A DNA stretch of 15,744 nucleotides from Nostoc sp. (lineage in GTDB: Bacteria; Cyanobacteriota; Cyanobacteriia; Cyanobacteriales; Nostocaceae), in NCBI GenBank assembly GCA_036918135.1, contig JBALDB010000058.1, forward strand, positions 1 through 15,744. The letters run 5' to 3'. Within the stretch, counting starts at the first letter, position 1. Each line of letters opens with the position of its first letter. Shown here one piece after another: positions 9,101-15,312 of the stretch. The position numbers and the translations under genes were made by a program. The notes beneath the pieces are model-generated. The model searched no databases and was not told where the DNA came from. It worked only from the letters and a program-made list of their open reading frames with translations.

Positions 9101-10200
9101 ATTGGTTTGTAGAGTTCCTGTACTAACGCCGTTTTGCCAACGCCAGCGTAACCAGCAACGAGCATGAGTTCGACATTGAGTTGAGCATTTTCCATGCCTT
9201 TCTTTAGTTGACAAATTTCGCCGAATGTCTCTTTTCGGGCCACTCTGTCAAACGCTGCTAACAATGCTTCAATTTGGGCTTCTCGTCCATACAGTTTTTG
9301 AGGAATGCAAAACTGTTCGGAAACATCTTGTAGTCCCAACGACATGGCGTTAATTTGACCCATTTCTGCTAGTTGCCCGGCGCAGCGTTCTAGATCGGCT
9401 TTGATGCCCCAGGCACTTTGATAGCGATCTGAAGCATTTTTCGCCATCAGTTTCAAAATCAGGTCTGAAACGGGGTGGAGAATTGTCGCGTTCAATTCGT
9501 GCGGGGGAATTGGTGGTTTGGCAATATGGCAATGAACTAGCTCCAGGATGTCTTGGGTGGGGAACGGTAGCTGTCCAGTCAACAGTTCGTAAAAGGTTGC
9601 GCCCAGTGAATAAAAATCAGTGCGATAGTCGAGCATCCGGTTCATCCGCCCGGTTTGCTCTGGCGACAGATAGGCGGGGGTTCCTTCTAGAAGATGGAGA
9701 CTTTTGAACGTGGGATTGGTGCGACTGAAGCGAGTGGCAATCCCAAAATCAATGATTTTAACAACGCCAGTGTTCGGATTAAAGACAATGTTACCAGGGT
9801 TGATATCTTTATGAATGACATTCGCAGCATGAATTCTGCCCAGAGTATCGGTAATGGCGATCGCCACATCAAGAAAAATCGACAAGGGCATGGGGCAGAA
9901 GTCTGATTGCTGCCGCATCCAATATTCCAAAGACTCCCCACCAAAATCTTCCAAGAGAATAACAAGCGTGCGCTGATAGTCTTGCTGGCTGTATGCCTTA
10001 ACTACGCCTTCGATGTTGAAGGAACGGGTAATTTCATATTCCTGCCGATAACGAGTTAATTCACAAGAAGAAGGATAATCATGCTTCAGAACTTTAGCGA
10101 TGACTGCACAATTCTCCCGCTCTCTTATGCCCCGATACACAAGAGTTGCCGAACTTTCATAGATTTTGCTGTGGATCCTAACTCCAGGTAAGGCAATCAT
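3124..10200 (-). CDS. Hybrid Ser/Thr kinase - AAA ATPase - GAF - 5xPAS - HisKA_3 histidine kinase (HstK-like)
   Basis: Kinase motifs HKDINPGN, DFG and GTPAYLSPEQTGR; Walker A GYAGVGKT; Walker B VIFLDDLQW; GAF SILCLPLL...GVLYLEN; five PAS units ending DITERK, DISDRK, DITQRK, DISDRK and DITALK; H-box ERNRMAREIHDTLAQ; HATPase motifs EAFTNAVKYA, DDGQGF and GFGLLGMSERA. Confidence 0.95.
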   Translation of the reverse strand: MIALPGVRIHSKIYESSATLVYRGIRERENCAVIAKVLKHDYPSSCELTRYRQEYEITRSFNIEGVVKAYSQQDYQRTLVILLEDFGGESLEYWMRQQSDFCPMPLSIFLDVAIAITDTLGRIHAANVIHKDINPGNIVFNPNTGVVKIIDFGIATRFSRTNPTFKSLHLLEGTPAYLSPEQTGRMNRMLDYRTDFYSLGATFYELLTGQLPFPTQDILELVHCHIAKPPIPPHELNATILHPVSDLILKLMAKNASDRYQSAWGIKADLERCAGQLAEMGQINAMSLGLQDVSEQFCIPQKLYGREAQIEALLAAFDRVARKETFGEICQLKKGMENAQLNVELMLVAGYAGVGKTALVQELYKPITAKRGYFISGKFDQFGRNVPYSAIAHALQKLIQQLLGEPDEQLQQWQERLLTALGSNGQIIIDVIPEVELIIGKQPPVPEVGATQAQNRFNLTFQKFVRVFCSKDHPLVIFLDDLQWIDAATLKLIELILLDEQTQYLFLIGAYRDNEVTSTHPLVLTLEKLQKGGAVLQEIILTPLTLEPLSQLLAETLHHNTDTVRSLAQVVLRKTEGNPFFVGEFLKMLYGENLLTFDAQQLNWQWNLAQIEAQDITDNVVELLLRQLQKLTQATQQILSIAACVGAEFDLKTLAIALEKSPKAIFQDLLAAVQAGLIQPLSDLDEDLLVQEYKFSHDRVQQAAYALIDESHKQVVHLQIGRNLLKKTSLEQRLERLFEIVDHLDRGIELVTAQPERTEIARLNLMAGQKAKSATAYEAALQYFNTGLKLLNSDSWQSEYDLTLALYSESAEAAYLHGRFREMEQFVEVVLDRAKTVLDKVQVYNSRIQGYLSQGNLGEALKTGLEVLKLLGVILPENPSQLDVQRGLEETASLLAGREIADLINLPKMTAPEPRSAMYILTNIRAAAFLVSPVLMILILCKMVNLSINYGNATWSPLGYAGYGLVLCGIVQDIERGYQFSKLALNLAERLNSKKGSVKALAVVSADVMHWKVHFRKTIPILVEAYQNGVEIGDFEYAGYSAYGACYYLFFVGEELTELEQKTATYSKAISQIRRENPSNWITMLWQTVLNLLGRSLNPSRLIGRVYDEEQALSHAVAVKDGLGIHCFYLNKVILCYLFGEHHQAVQNAVLARQHLEELTPLIVIPLFHFYDSLVLLSLFVEASSSQKAAWLSCVSTNQEKMQKWAEHAPMNYLHKYHLVEAEKARVLGQFFEAEEFYERAISGASENEFIQEEALAYELAAKHYLARGREKIAQAYMKEAHYCYDRWGAVAKVKDLETRYPQFFSQSSRVVSTSVSTTSKTIANTSHTALDLAAVMKASQAISREIELEQLLRSLIQILIENAGAQTGYLILENSGKWLIEAACELNDENVCNTQVLQSIPTVNQLPESLIQYVIRTQEPVTLSNASLEGAFTNEPYIQRNQTQSILCLPLLNQAKLVGVLYLENQLAAGAFTPERTQVLNLLSTQAAIAIENAKLYSQLRASQNELTQFFEAVPVGIVVADTTGRLCYFNQQATQLVGKTFDPALTVKQLAKVHQVKLAGTDQPYPTEQIPIVRALSGERTRVDDIEIQRDDTTIPIEAWGTPVFDEQGNVAYAIATFQDITERKQAEKLLADYNRTLEQQVVERTAALQASEAALRDREQELRLITDALPALISYVDINQRYQFVNRRFEVLFCCSRNEILGKSIRELLGETAYQIVQVYVNRVLAGESVTYEAEMPYPFGNKYVSATFIPDFDRHNRVRGLYGLVTDISDRKRTEDALRQSEANYRNLVKTANSVIIRFDTQGRIQYLNDYGLKFFGYEEHQILGHTLLETIIPETETSGRDLKPFVHDLLHSPQSYLQTEGENLCRDGRRVWVAWSNQAILNEQGQLVEILSVGHDITQRKQAEEALQRSEVKFRNIFENSQVGIFRTRLSDGLILDANQRFANLLGFDSPEEVIGLKHGTDCYVNPSDRQQAIELLKRDGELQNFEVQLQKRDGTVFWGLYSTRLNAADGCMEGVIADISDRKQAEVALQASEAELRALVSAIPDPLCVLNAQGRVIETVEGNPSYRELHSHIGKTLDQLFAKEQADEFLDYIQQVLKTQQVLTVEYSQWMAGRETWFSARIAPIRHEQVIWLSRDITALKQAEGASILEERNRMAREIHDTLAQAFTGVLVHMGAISRLVKTNPEAIQSHIKTVRDLACSGLTEARRSVAALRPQLLEEGNLWTALERFVSSMQFSTETRLICEIVGTPYALPPDTENNLLRIGQEAFTNAVKYAHANEIRIELVYESTQCCLRIRDDGQGFELNSTTLNQGFGLLGMSERAEHIGAQLSIDSQLKQGTEVIVSVHREAAV

Positions 10201-10239
10201 TGGATTTTCTTCCCATGAGTGTCGTCAGCTATATCACAA

Positions 10240-10245
10240 AGTATA
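10240..10245 (-). promoter_or_regulatory. Candidate -10 hexamer (TATACT) for the kinase operon
   Basis: 5/6 match to TATAAT, about 40 nt upstream of the ATG at 10200; the IS1 end begins 9 nt further upstream. Confidence 0.4.
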
Positions 10246-10254
10246 TCGTTTACC

Positions 10255-10726
10255 GGCGTTACATAAATGCGGGATGAATCATGCAAAAACGGGTATTGCT
10301 CTATACTTTAAATAATAAAGTAACAATCGAATTGAATGTTTAAGCATATCCACGGATTTAGAATAGCAGAGTGTTTTTCGGTGTAGTCTTGCTAGGTAAT
10401 GGCGCAAGCGGGTATTTTCGCCCTCGACCCTAGTCATATAGGTTTTGCTCACAATATGGTCTGCTGGGTCAATAAAGCAAGGATAAACTTTCCAACCGTC
10501 TGTGACGTAGAAGTAACATTGCTAATAGCAAACAATGTCCCACAAGAATTTAAATGTTTCTGAACTGCGATCGCCGATTACCCAAGCTCAGATACCCTCA
10601 TGAAAGTGATTTACTGCCGTCCACAACCAAACTTTGTTTTTTTTTGCACCGATAAAGGTTTCTAGTTCATCTAATTCTCCAACTTCTGGTATGTCGTCAC
10701 TAGGCGGTACATTGGGCAGTTTAGAG
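10255..10726 (-). mobile_element. IS1-family remnant: 5'-truncated transposase pseudogene (10279..10725) plus right IR (about 10255..10278)
   Basis: Manual translation: SKLPNVPPSDDIPEVGELDELETFIGAKKNKVWLWTAVNHFHEGI*AWVIGDRSSETF...CY*QCYFYVTDGWKVYPCFI...KTYMTRVEGENTRLRHYLARLHRKTLCYSKS...VFA*. Internal stops lie at 10588..10590 and 10522..10524. The end GGCGTTACATAAATGCGGGATGAA resembles cyanobacterial IS1 termini. Confidence 0.9.
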
Positions 10727-11053
10727 GGTTCTGTCGCAAATACTTTTTAATGACAAACCAAGTGTGCCGTTTGCATTGCCTTAAACAACAACTCCAAAGA
10801 TTGTTTCAATAAACTTCGCTTGAGACACACTGCTCCCTTGAGTGATTCCATTAACTTGACCTTTTGCGATCATATTCATCGCTTCAATCCCACTCAACGT
10901 TCTCCTGGCACTGTGGAACGACTTGAACCCCATCATCGGTCTGATGATTCGCTTGATGTTGCGATGCTCCTGCTCAATCACGTTGTTCAAATACTTGCTC
11001 TGCTGTAATTGTGTGTCGGCAGTGATCGCTTCGTCCGCTTTCAATCGTTTCAC
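10727..11053 (-). mobile_element. IS6-family remnant: C-terminal transposase fragment (10781..about 11053) plus IRR (10727..10740)
   Basis: QLQQSKYLNNVIEQEHRNIKRIIRPMMGFKSFHSARRTLSGIEAMNMIAKGQV is the IS6 signature, and the IR is GGTTCTGTCGCAAA. The first ~19 residues of ORF 10781..11110 are not transposase-like, so the 5' boundary is approximate. Confidence 0.9.
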
Positions 11054-11525
11054 TAATAAACGATGTCTTACAAAAACTTCAGTCCCAGGTGAACAGGTGT
11101 AGCGCATCATTGAGGCGCTGCTGAAAGAATTGGTAGTTGATGGTGCAGGAGTAGGGGAATGTCGGAGCGAACGCCCATGTAATCCTTATGATGCGTGATT
11201 TCTAACTACTTTGTAAATCCATCACCTCCTTCTTGCTCTATCAACTAATTAATCTGCTCGCCTTTGTCAGGTAGCACTTCGCAATCAGCTATATCATTAG
11301 TGGTATTACACTATACACAACTTTCTTTATGGCACAAAGGATGCCGAAAATGATCGCCTGCTTAGGTACTCGCCCGAATGGTAATAATAAAAGCTGAAAT
11401 GCTTATGTTTAAGCAGTTTACAATTGTTTGCGTTTTCATGTAATGCATTTTATTGATGTGTTCAATTTCCATACAATGTGATTTCTAATACCGTGCTGTG
11501 CGTATAGTGTCAACTGTTTAAGAGA

Positions 11526-12516
11526 TCATCTTTTAGCTTTTTTAATAGTTAGTGCTTTGAAAGTACTTAAACTGTGATGTTGAAAAAAGCTCCAAATTGC
11601 CTTACTAGCATTAAAACCAAGCTGAATATTTAACTGATTTAATTTCGGATCAGTTGAAGCGCCACCAGGCCAGAAATGCCCACCGTTGATTACAGCGAAC
11701 TGCAAGACTTCTGAACCGTTTCTACAACCCGAATAACGAAAAGTTTTGACTCCCAAATGATTATGAAATTTAGTTGGAGTTAAGTGTTGAGATTGAGATG
11801 ATGAAGTGCATTGGTCATGCCTTCGCCAAAAATTTGTGGTTTCTGGGATAGAAACTAGTGCCTCTTTTTGAGTAATGGGATCGCCATAATAATGTACACT
11901 CAAATCGTTTGTACCATTAATCATCATCATTGATATCGAAACCGCCGGATGACAGCTACGTGCAATTCGAGCACTTAAAGAGCCAGCTACCGATGCAAAA
12001 GCAGCAATTTGATTCGGCAGCTTACAGGCCAAAGCTTGAGTGAGTATCCCACCTTGAGAAAAACCAGTGGCATAAATTTTACGAGTGTTAATATCTCTAA
12101 TTCGCTCTATATGCTTAATCAAAGCTGCAACAAATGAAATATCATCCACTTTTTGTTTGACATGACCTGTAAAGCTCCATTGATGGTCAAGTCCATTTGG
12201 ATAAACTGCAATAAACCCGAATATCTCTGCTAAATTATTGAAGCGAGAAATTTTAGCAATAGAATTGCCGCTACCATTATCTCCATGAAACACTAAAACT
12301 AATGACATTGCATGTTTATGATTGTAAGATTTTGGCGTATACATATAGTATGTACGTAACTTTCCTTGGTTTGTTAATGTTCCATAATTCTCGCCTTTAA
12401 AGATTTTTTCTGGGTATACTTTTTGCTTCTATTTGAATGGAATTAGAGCTAACAGCCAGAGTAGTTGAGAGTAAGCTAAGGAAAATATATTTAGAAAAAC
12501 TATATTTTTTATACAT
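11526..12516 (-). pseudogene. PHB-depolymerase/LpqP-type alpha/beta-hydrolase esterase, frameshifted near the 5' end (catalytic domain ORF 11526..12344 is open)
   Basis: Motifs LVFHG, AVYPNG, VDDISFV, IYATGFSQGG (GxSxG), INGTND and GGHFWPGG. The catalytic frame extends upstream (GTLTNQGKLRTYY) to a TAG at 12429..12431. A signal-peptide-like ORF (12516..12397) lies in another frame. Confidence 0.75.
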
Positions 12517-12769
12517 TTGTATAATATTGTTCAACCCAAACTGCTTGTCTGTGTTCTTTAGCAAGGAAGATGTCGAAACGCAACACCGCTTTTATTGGTG
12601 AGAGTTTGCCTTTTCCTATTTGCTGTTGTAGACAACGTAATTCCAACAATAGCCATATCACTGCACTCCACAGCCGCCAAAATTTTAGTCCACTTGAATG
12701 ATATATTAGTCAGCGCAACATAACTGTTGCAAAAATGTTGGTAATGATAAGCAGTTCCTAGACCACAGC

Positions 12770-14599
12770 ATGGACTATCAACCCATTGGAAACTACGGCA
12801 TCATCGGCAATATGCATACCACTGCATTAGTAGGGTTGAACGGCTCGATTGATTGGTTCTGCTTTCCTCGACACGATTCACCCAGCCTCTTTGCTTCGCT
12901 GCTTGATCAGGATCTAGGAGGACATTTCCAGATTCATCCGCAGGTGGAAGTGACCACTTATAAGCAAATGTACTGGCTACAAACAAACATTCTGGTGACT
13001 CGCTTCTTCTCGCTGTGTGGTGTGAGCGAAGTGATTGATTTCATGCCCGTTGGGTTGACCGAACACGAACGCGGCTACCGTTGGTTAGTCCGACGGGTCA
13101 AAATGATTCGTTGTTCCATACCATTCCAGATAGAATGCTACCCAGCCTTTAACTACGCCCGCGACCGCCACAAAACCACTCTTACCCCTCAGGGAGCAAT
13201 ATTTGAATCGCCCGACTTGCGCTTAATCCTCGTAACCGATGTCCCCTTGGAGCAGAATGAGCGCGGGGTATTTGCTAAGTTTAATCTCGATGAGGGTGAA
13301 GAAGCCATCTTTGTTCTGCGAGAACTCGATCAAGACGCAGGCTGTACGCCCATTGATCCGAGTGAAGCACATGGGCTATTCATTCACACCGTTGAATACT
13401 GGCAGCACTGGCTGTCGCAATGTAATTATAAAGGACGTTGGCGCGAAGTGGTGGAGCGTTCGGCGCTGGTTCTCAAGTTACTAACCTACGAACCAACCGG
13501 AGCGATCATCGCTGCTTCCACGTGCAGTTTGCCCGAAACCCTGGGTGGTGAGCGCAACTGGGACTACCGCTATACCTGGATTCGGGATGCTGCCTTTACG
13601 CTGTATAGCTTGCTCAGAATTGGGTTTACCGCCGAAGCAGCTCAGTTTATGGAGTGGCTCGAAGCTCGTTGCCGGGAGCTAAAGCCAGGTACTCCATTGC
13701 AAATTGTCTATGGCATCGACGGTCGTCACGACTTGCACGAAGAAACTCTCGATCATTTGGCAGGCTATAAAGGCTCAACGCCCGTACGAATTGGCAATGG
13801 TGCGTATACTCAACTCCAGCTTGACATTTATGGTGAGTTGATGGATGCGGTCTATCTCTTCAACAAGTATGGTACCCCCATCTCTTACGAACTATGGACG
13901 TATCTGCGTCAGTTGATTAATTGGGTGTGTGATAACTGGCAGCGTAAGGATGCAGGGATTTGGGAAGTGCGAGGGGGAAGCAGGCAGTTTGTCTATTCTA
14001 AACTGATGTGCTGGGTGGCGATTGATCGTGGTTTACGCTTAGCAGATAAGCGATCGTTTCCCGCAGACCGAGAGCGCTGGCTGATGGTTCGCGACCAAAT
14101 TTATGAGGAAATCATGGACAAGGGCTGGAGTGAGGAGCAACAAGCTTTTGTGCAGTACTATAGCAGCACTGTGCTGGATGCCAGTAACCTGATCATGCCC
14201 TTGGTACTGTTCTTGTCACCAAACGACCCGCGCCTGCTGAAGACGATAGATGCTATTAACCGACCGCCCAAAGTAGGTGGATTGGTGTCTAACAGTCTGG
14301 TCTACCGCTATAACGTTGTAGACGCTGTAGATGGGTTAAGCGGTGATGAAGGCACGTTTAATCTCTGCACTTTCTGGTTGGTAGAGGCACTGACACGCGC
14401 TGGGCGGATTGATCCAGCTCGATTGAATGAAGCACGACTGAAGTTTGAAGAAATACTCAGCTATGCAACTCATCTGGGGCTGTATGCCGAACAGACAGAT
14501 ATCAGTGGTGAGGCAATGGGTAACTTTCCGCAAGCGTTTACACACCTGGCACTGATCAGCGCGGCGTGGAATTTGAACAAGGTTATTGAAACTCTGTGA
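12770..14599 (+). CDS. Glycoside hydrolase family 15 (glucoamylase/trehalase-like), cytoplasmic
   Basis: 609 aa with [51 protein letters not shown] and [13 protein letters not shown]; no signal peptide evident. Confidence 0.93.
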   Translation: MDYQPIGNYGIIGNMHTTALVGLNGSIDWFCFPRHDSPSLFASLLDQDLGGHFQIHPQVEVTTYKQMYWLQTNILVTRFFSLCGVSEVIDFMPVGLTEHERGYRWLVRRVKMIRCSIPFQIECYPAFNYARDRHKTTLTPQGAIFESPDLRLILVTDVPLEQNERGVFAKFNLDEGEEAIFVLRELDQDAGCTPIDPSEAHGLFIHTVEYWQHWLSQCNYKGRWREVVERSALVLKLLTYEPTGAIIAASTCSLPETLGGERNWDYRYTWIRDAAFTLYSLLRIGFTAEAAQFMEWLEARCRELKPGTPLQIVYGIDGRHDLHEETLDHLAGYKGSTPVRIGNGAYTQLQLDIYGELMDAVYLFNKYGTPISYELWTYLRQLINWVCDNWQRKDAGIWEVRGGSRQFVYSKLMCWVAIDRGLRLADKRSFPADRERWLMVRDQIYEEIMDKGWSEEQQAFVQYYSSTVLDASNLIMPLVLFLSPNDPRLLKTIDAINRPPKVGGLVSNSLVYRYNVVDAVDGLSGDEGTFNLCTFWLVEALTRAGRIDPARLNEARLKFEEILSYATHLGLYAEQTDISGEAMGNFPQAFTHLALISAAWNLNKVIETL

Positions 14600-14638
14600 T
14601 TCAGTTTTGACCGCTCCCTCAAAATCATTAAGTCGTGT

Positions 14639-14897
14639 ATGAAACTAACTTTTCACGGCAAGTACCAAAGCCTTCATCAAGGCTGAGGGTAGGGGGTAGG
14701 CTGAGTGGGTGTAGGGAAAAGAGGAAGTGTGGGAGGATGGGAAGGTGTGGGGGGTGTGGGAGGATAGAGAAGAAATTTTTCTTCCTTGTCCTCCTTGTCC
14801 CCTCTCTCTTCCCCGCACCCCATTCTTCTGCACCCCTACACCCAACACCCCACACCCTCGCTCATGAATACCACATACCGTGAAAAGTCAGGTTCAT
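14639..14897. mobile_element. MITE-like fold-back element with 22-bp imperfect terminal inverted repeats
   Basis: ATGAAACTAACTTTTCACGGCA (14639..14660) and TACCGTGAAAAGTCAGGTTCAT (14876..14897) are complementary at 19/22 positions. The interior is non-coding and the right end coincides with the parM-like breakpoint. No target-site duplication was found. Confidence 0.65.
14685..14858. repeat. G-rich then C-rich short tandem repeats (STRR-like) inside the MITE-like element
   Basis: GTGTGGGAGG-type units, CCTTGTCCT units and ACACCC(C/T/A) heptamer-like units. TGGGTGTAGGG (14706..14716) is the reverse complement of CCCTACACCCA (14834..14844). Confidence 0.75.
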
Positions 14898-15296
14898 CTA
14901 TCAGGCCCGACATTGAAACCGAGATACTGCAAACCTTTGGCTCGGAGCAAGAAATCTGATTTTAAGGTTGAGGAGATAGCACAAATTATTGAAGTGGCTG
15001 ACTTATCTCGTAAAGAATACTGGGAAAAGGTATCCACTTGGCTCAAAATTAATATTCCTGCCCATATTGAGCAAGTCATTATTGGTGGTGGAACGTCGGA
15101 ATATTTAGGCTCGGAGTTGAAAAATTTGTTTACTCATACCGACATTTCATGGGCAGCAGAATTATCTGAGGATGTGCGTTTAGCTTTTAACCTGCCGATT
15201 AAAAAAGATGCCTTGTGCTTGCGTTTCACGGATGTATATGGATTATTTCGTTACCAACACGCTACGTCATCCATTTCAAAGCATCGTGCTTCTTAA
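14893..15296 (+). pseudogene. parM: C-terminal fragment of a ParM/StbA-family actin-like protein
   Basis: VIIGGGTSEYL resembles the actin-fold adenosine motif; EYWEKVSTWL and RFTDVYGLF resemble cyanobacterial ParM C-termini. No N-terminal phosphate-1 motif is present, and the GTG at 14880 lies inside the MITE IR. Confidence 0.75.
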
Positions 15297-15312
15297 TTAA
15301 AGGAATAATGAA

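Larger units (their letters stand above)
1330..10574. repeat. Dispersed HIP1 octamers (GCGATCGC)
   Basis: Seen by eye at 1330, 2546, 4117, 4276, 4876, 5729, 6135, 8231, 9026, 9857 and 10567. Confidence 0.85.

Noticed and set aside
3068..9965. Many 60-95 aa ORFs overlapping the kinase
   Set aside because: They overlap a well-supported 7-kb CDS, show no family features, and are expected by chance.
11053..11197. Plus-strand stretch translating to ...KTSVPGEQV*RIIEALLKELVV, vaguely like an HU N-terminal helix
   Set aside because: It is too short, contains a stop and would need a frameshift, so it cannot be supported without a search.
10225..11296. 12-bp direct repeat TCAGCTATATCA at 10225 and 11285 flanking the IS cluster
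   Set aside because: It is not adjacent to either IS end, so it is not a target-site duplication; chance is plausible.
12723..12733. ACTGTTGCAAA matching the core of the IS26-type IR
   Set aside because: It lacks the terminal GG and has no adjacent transposase sequence; it overlaps a simple dyad.
14685..14858. Possible CRISPR array in the repeat region
   Set aside because: The units are 7-10 nt and degenerate, with no unique spacers and no cas genes.
14628..14883. ORFs 14628..14855, 14635..14883 and 14645..14848
   Set aside because: They are low-complexity translations of the repeat element.
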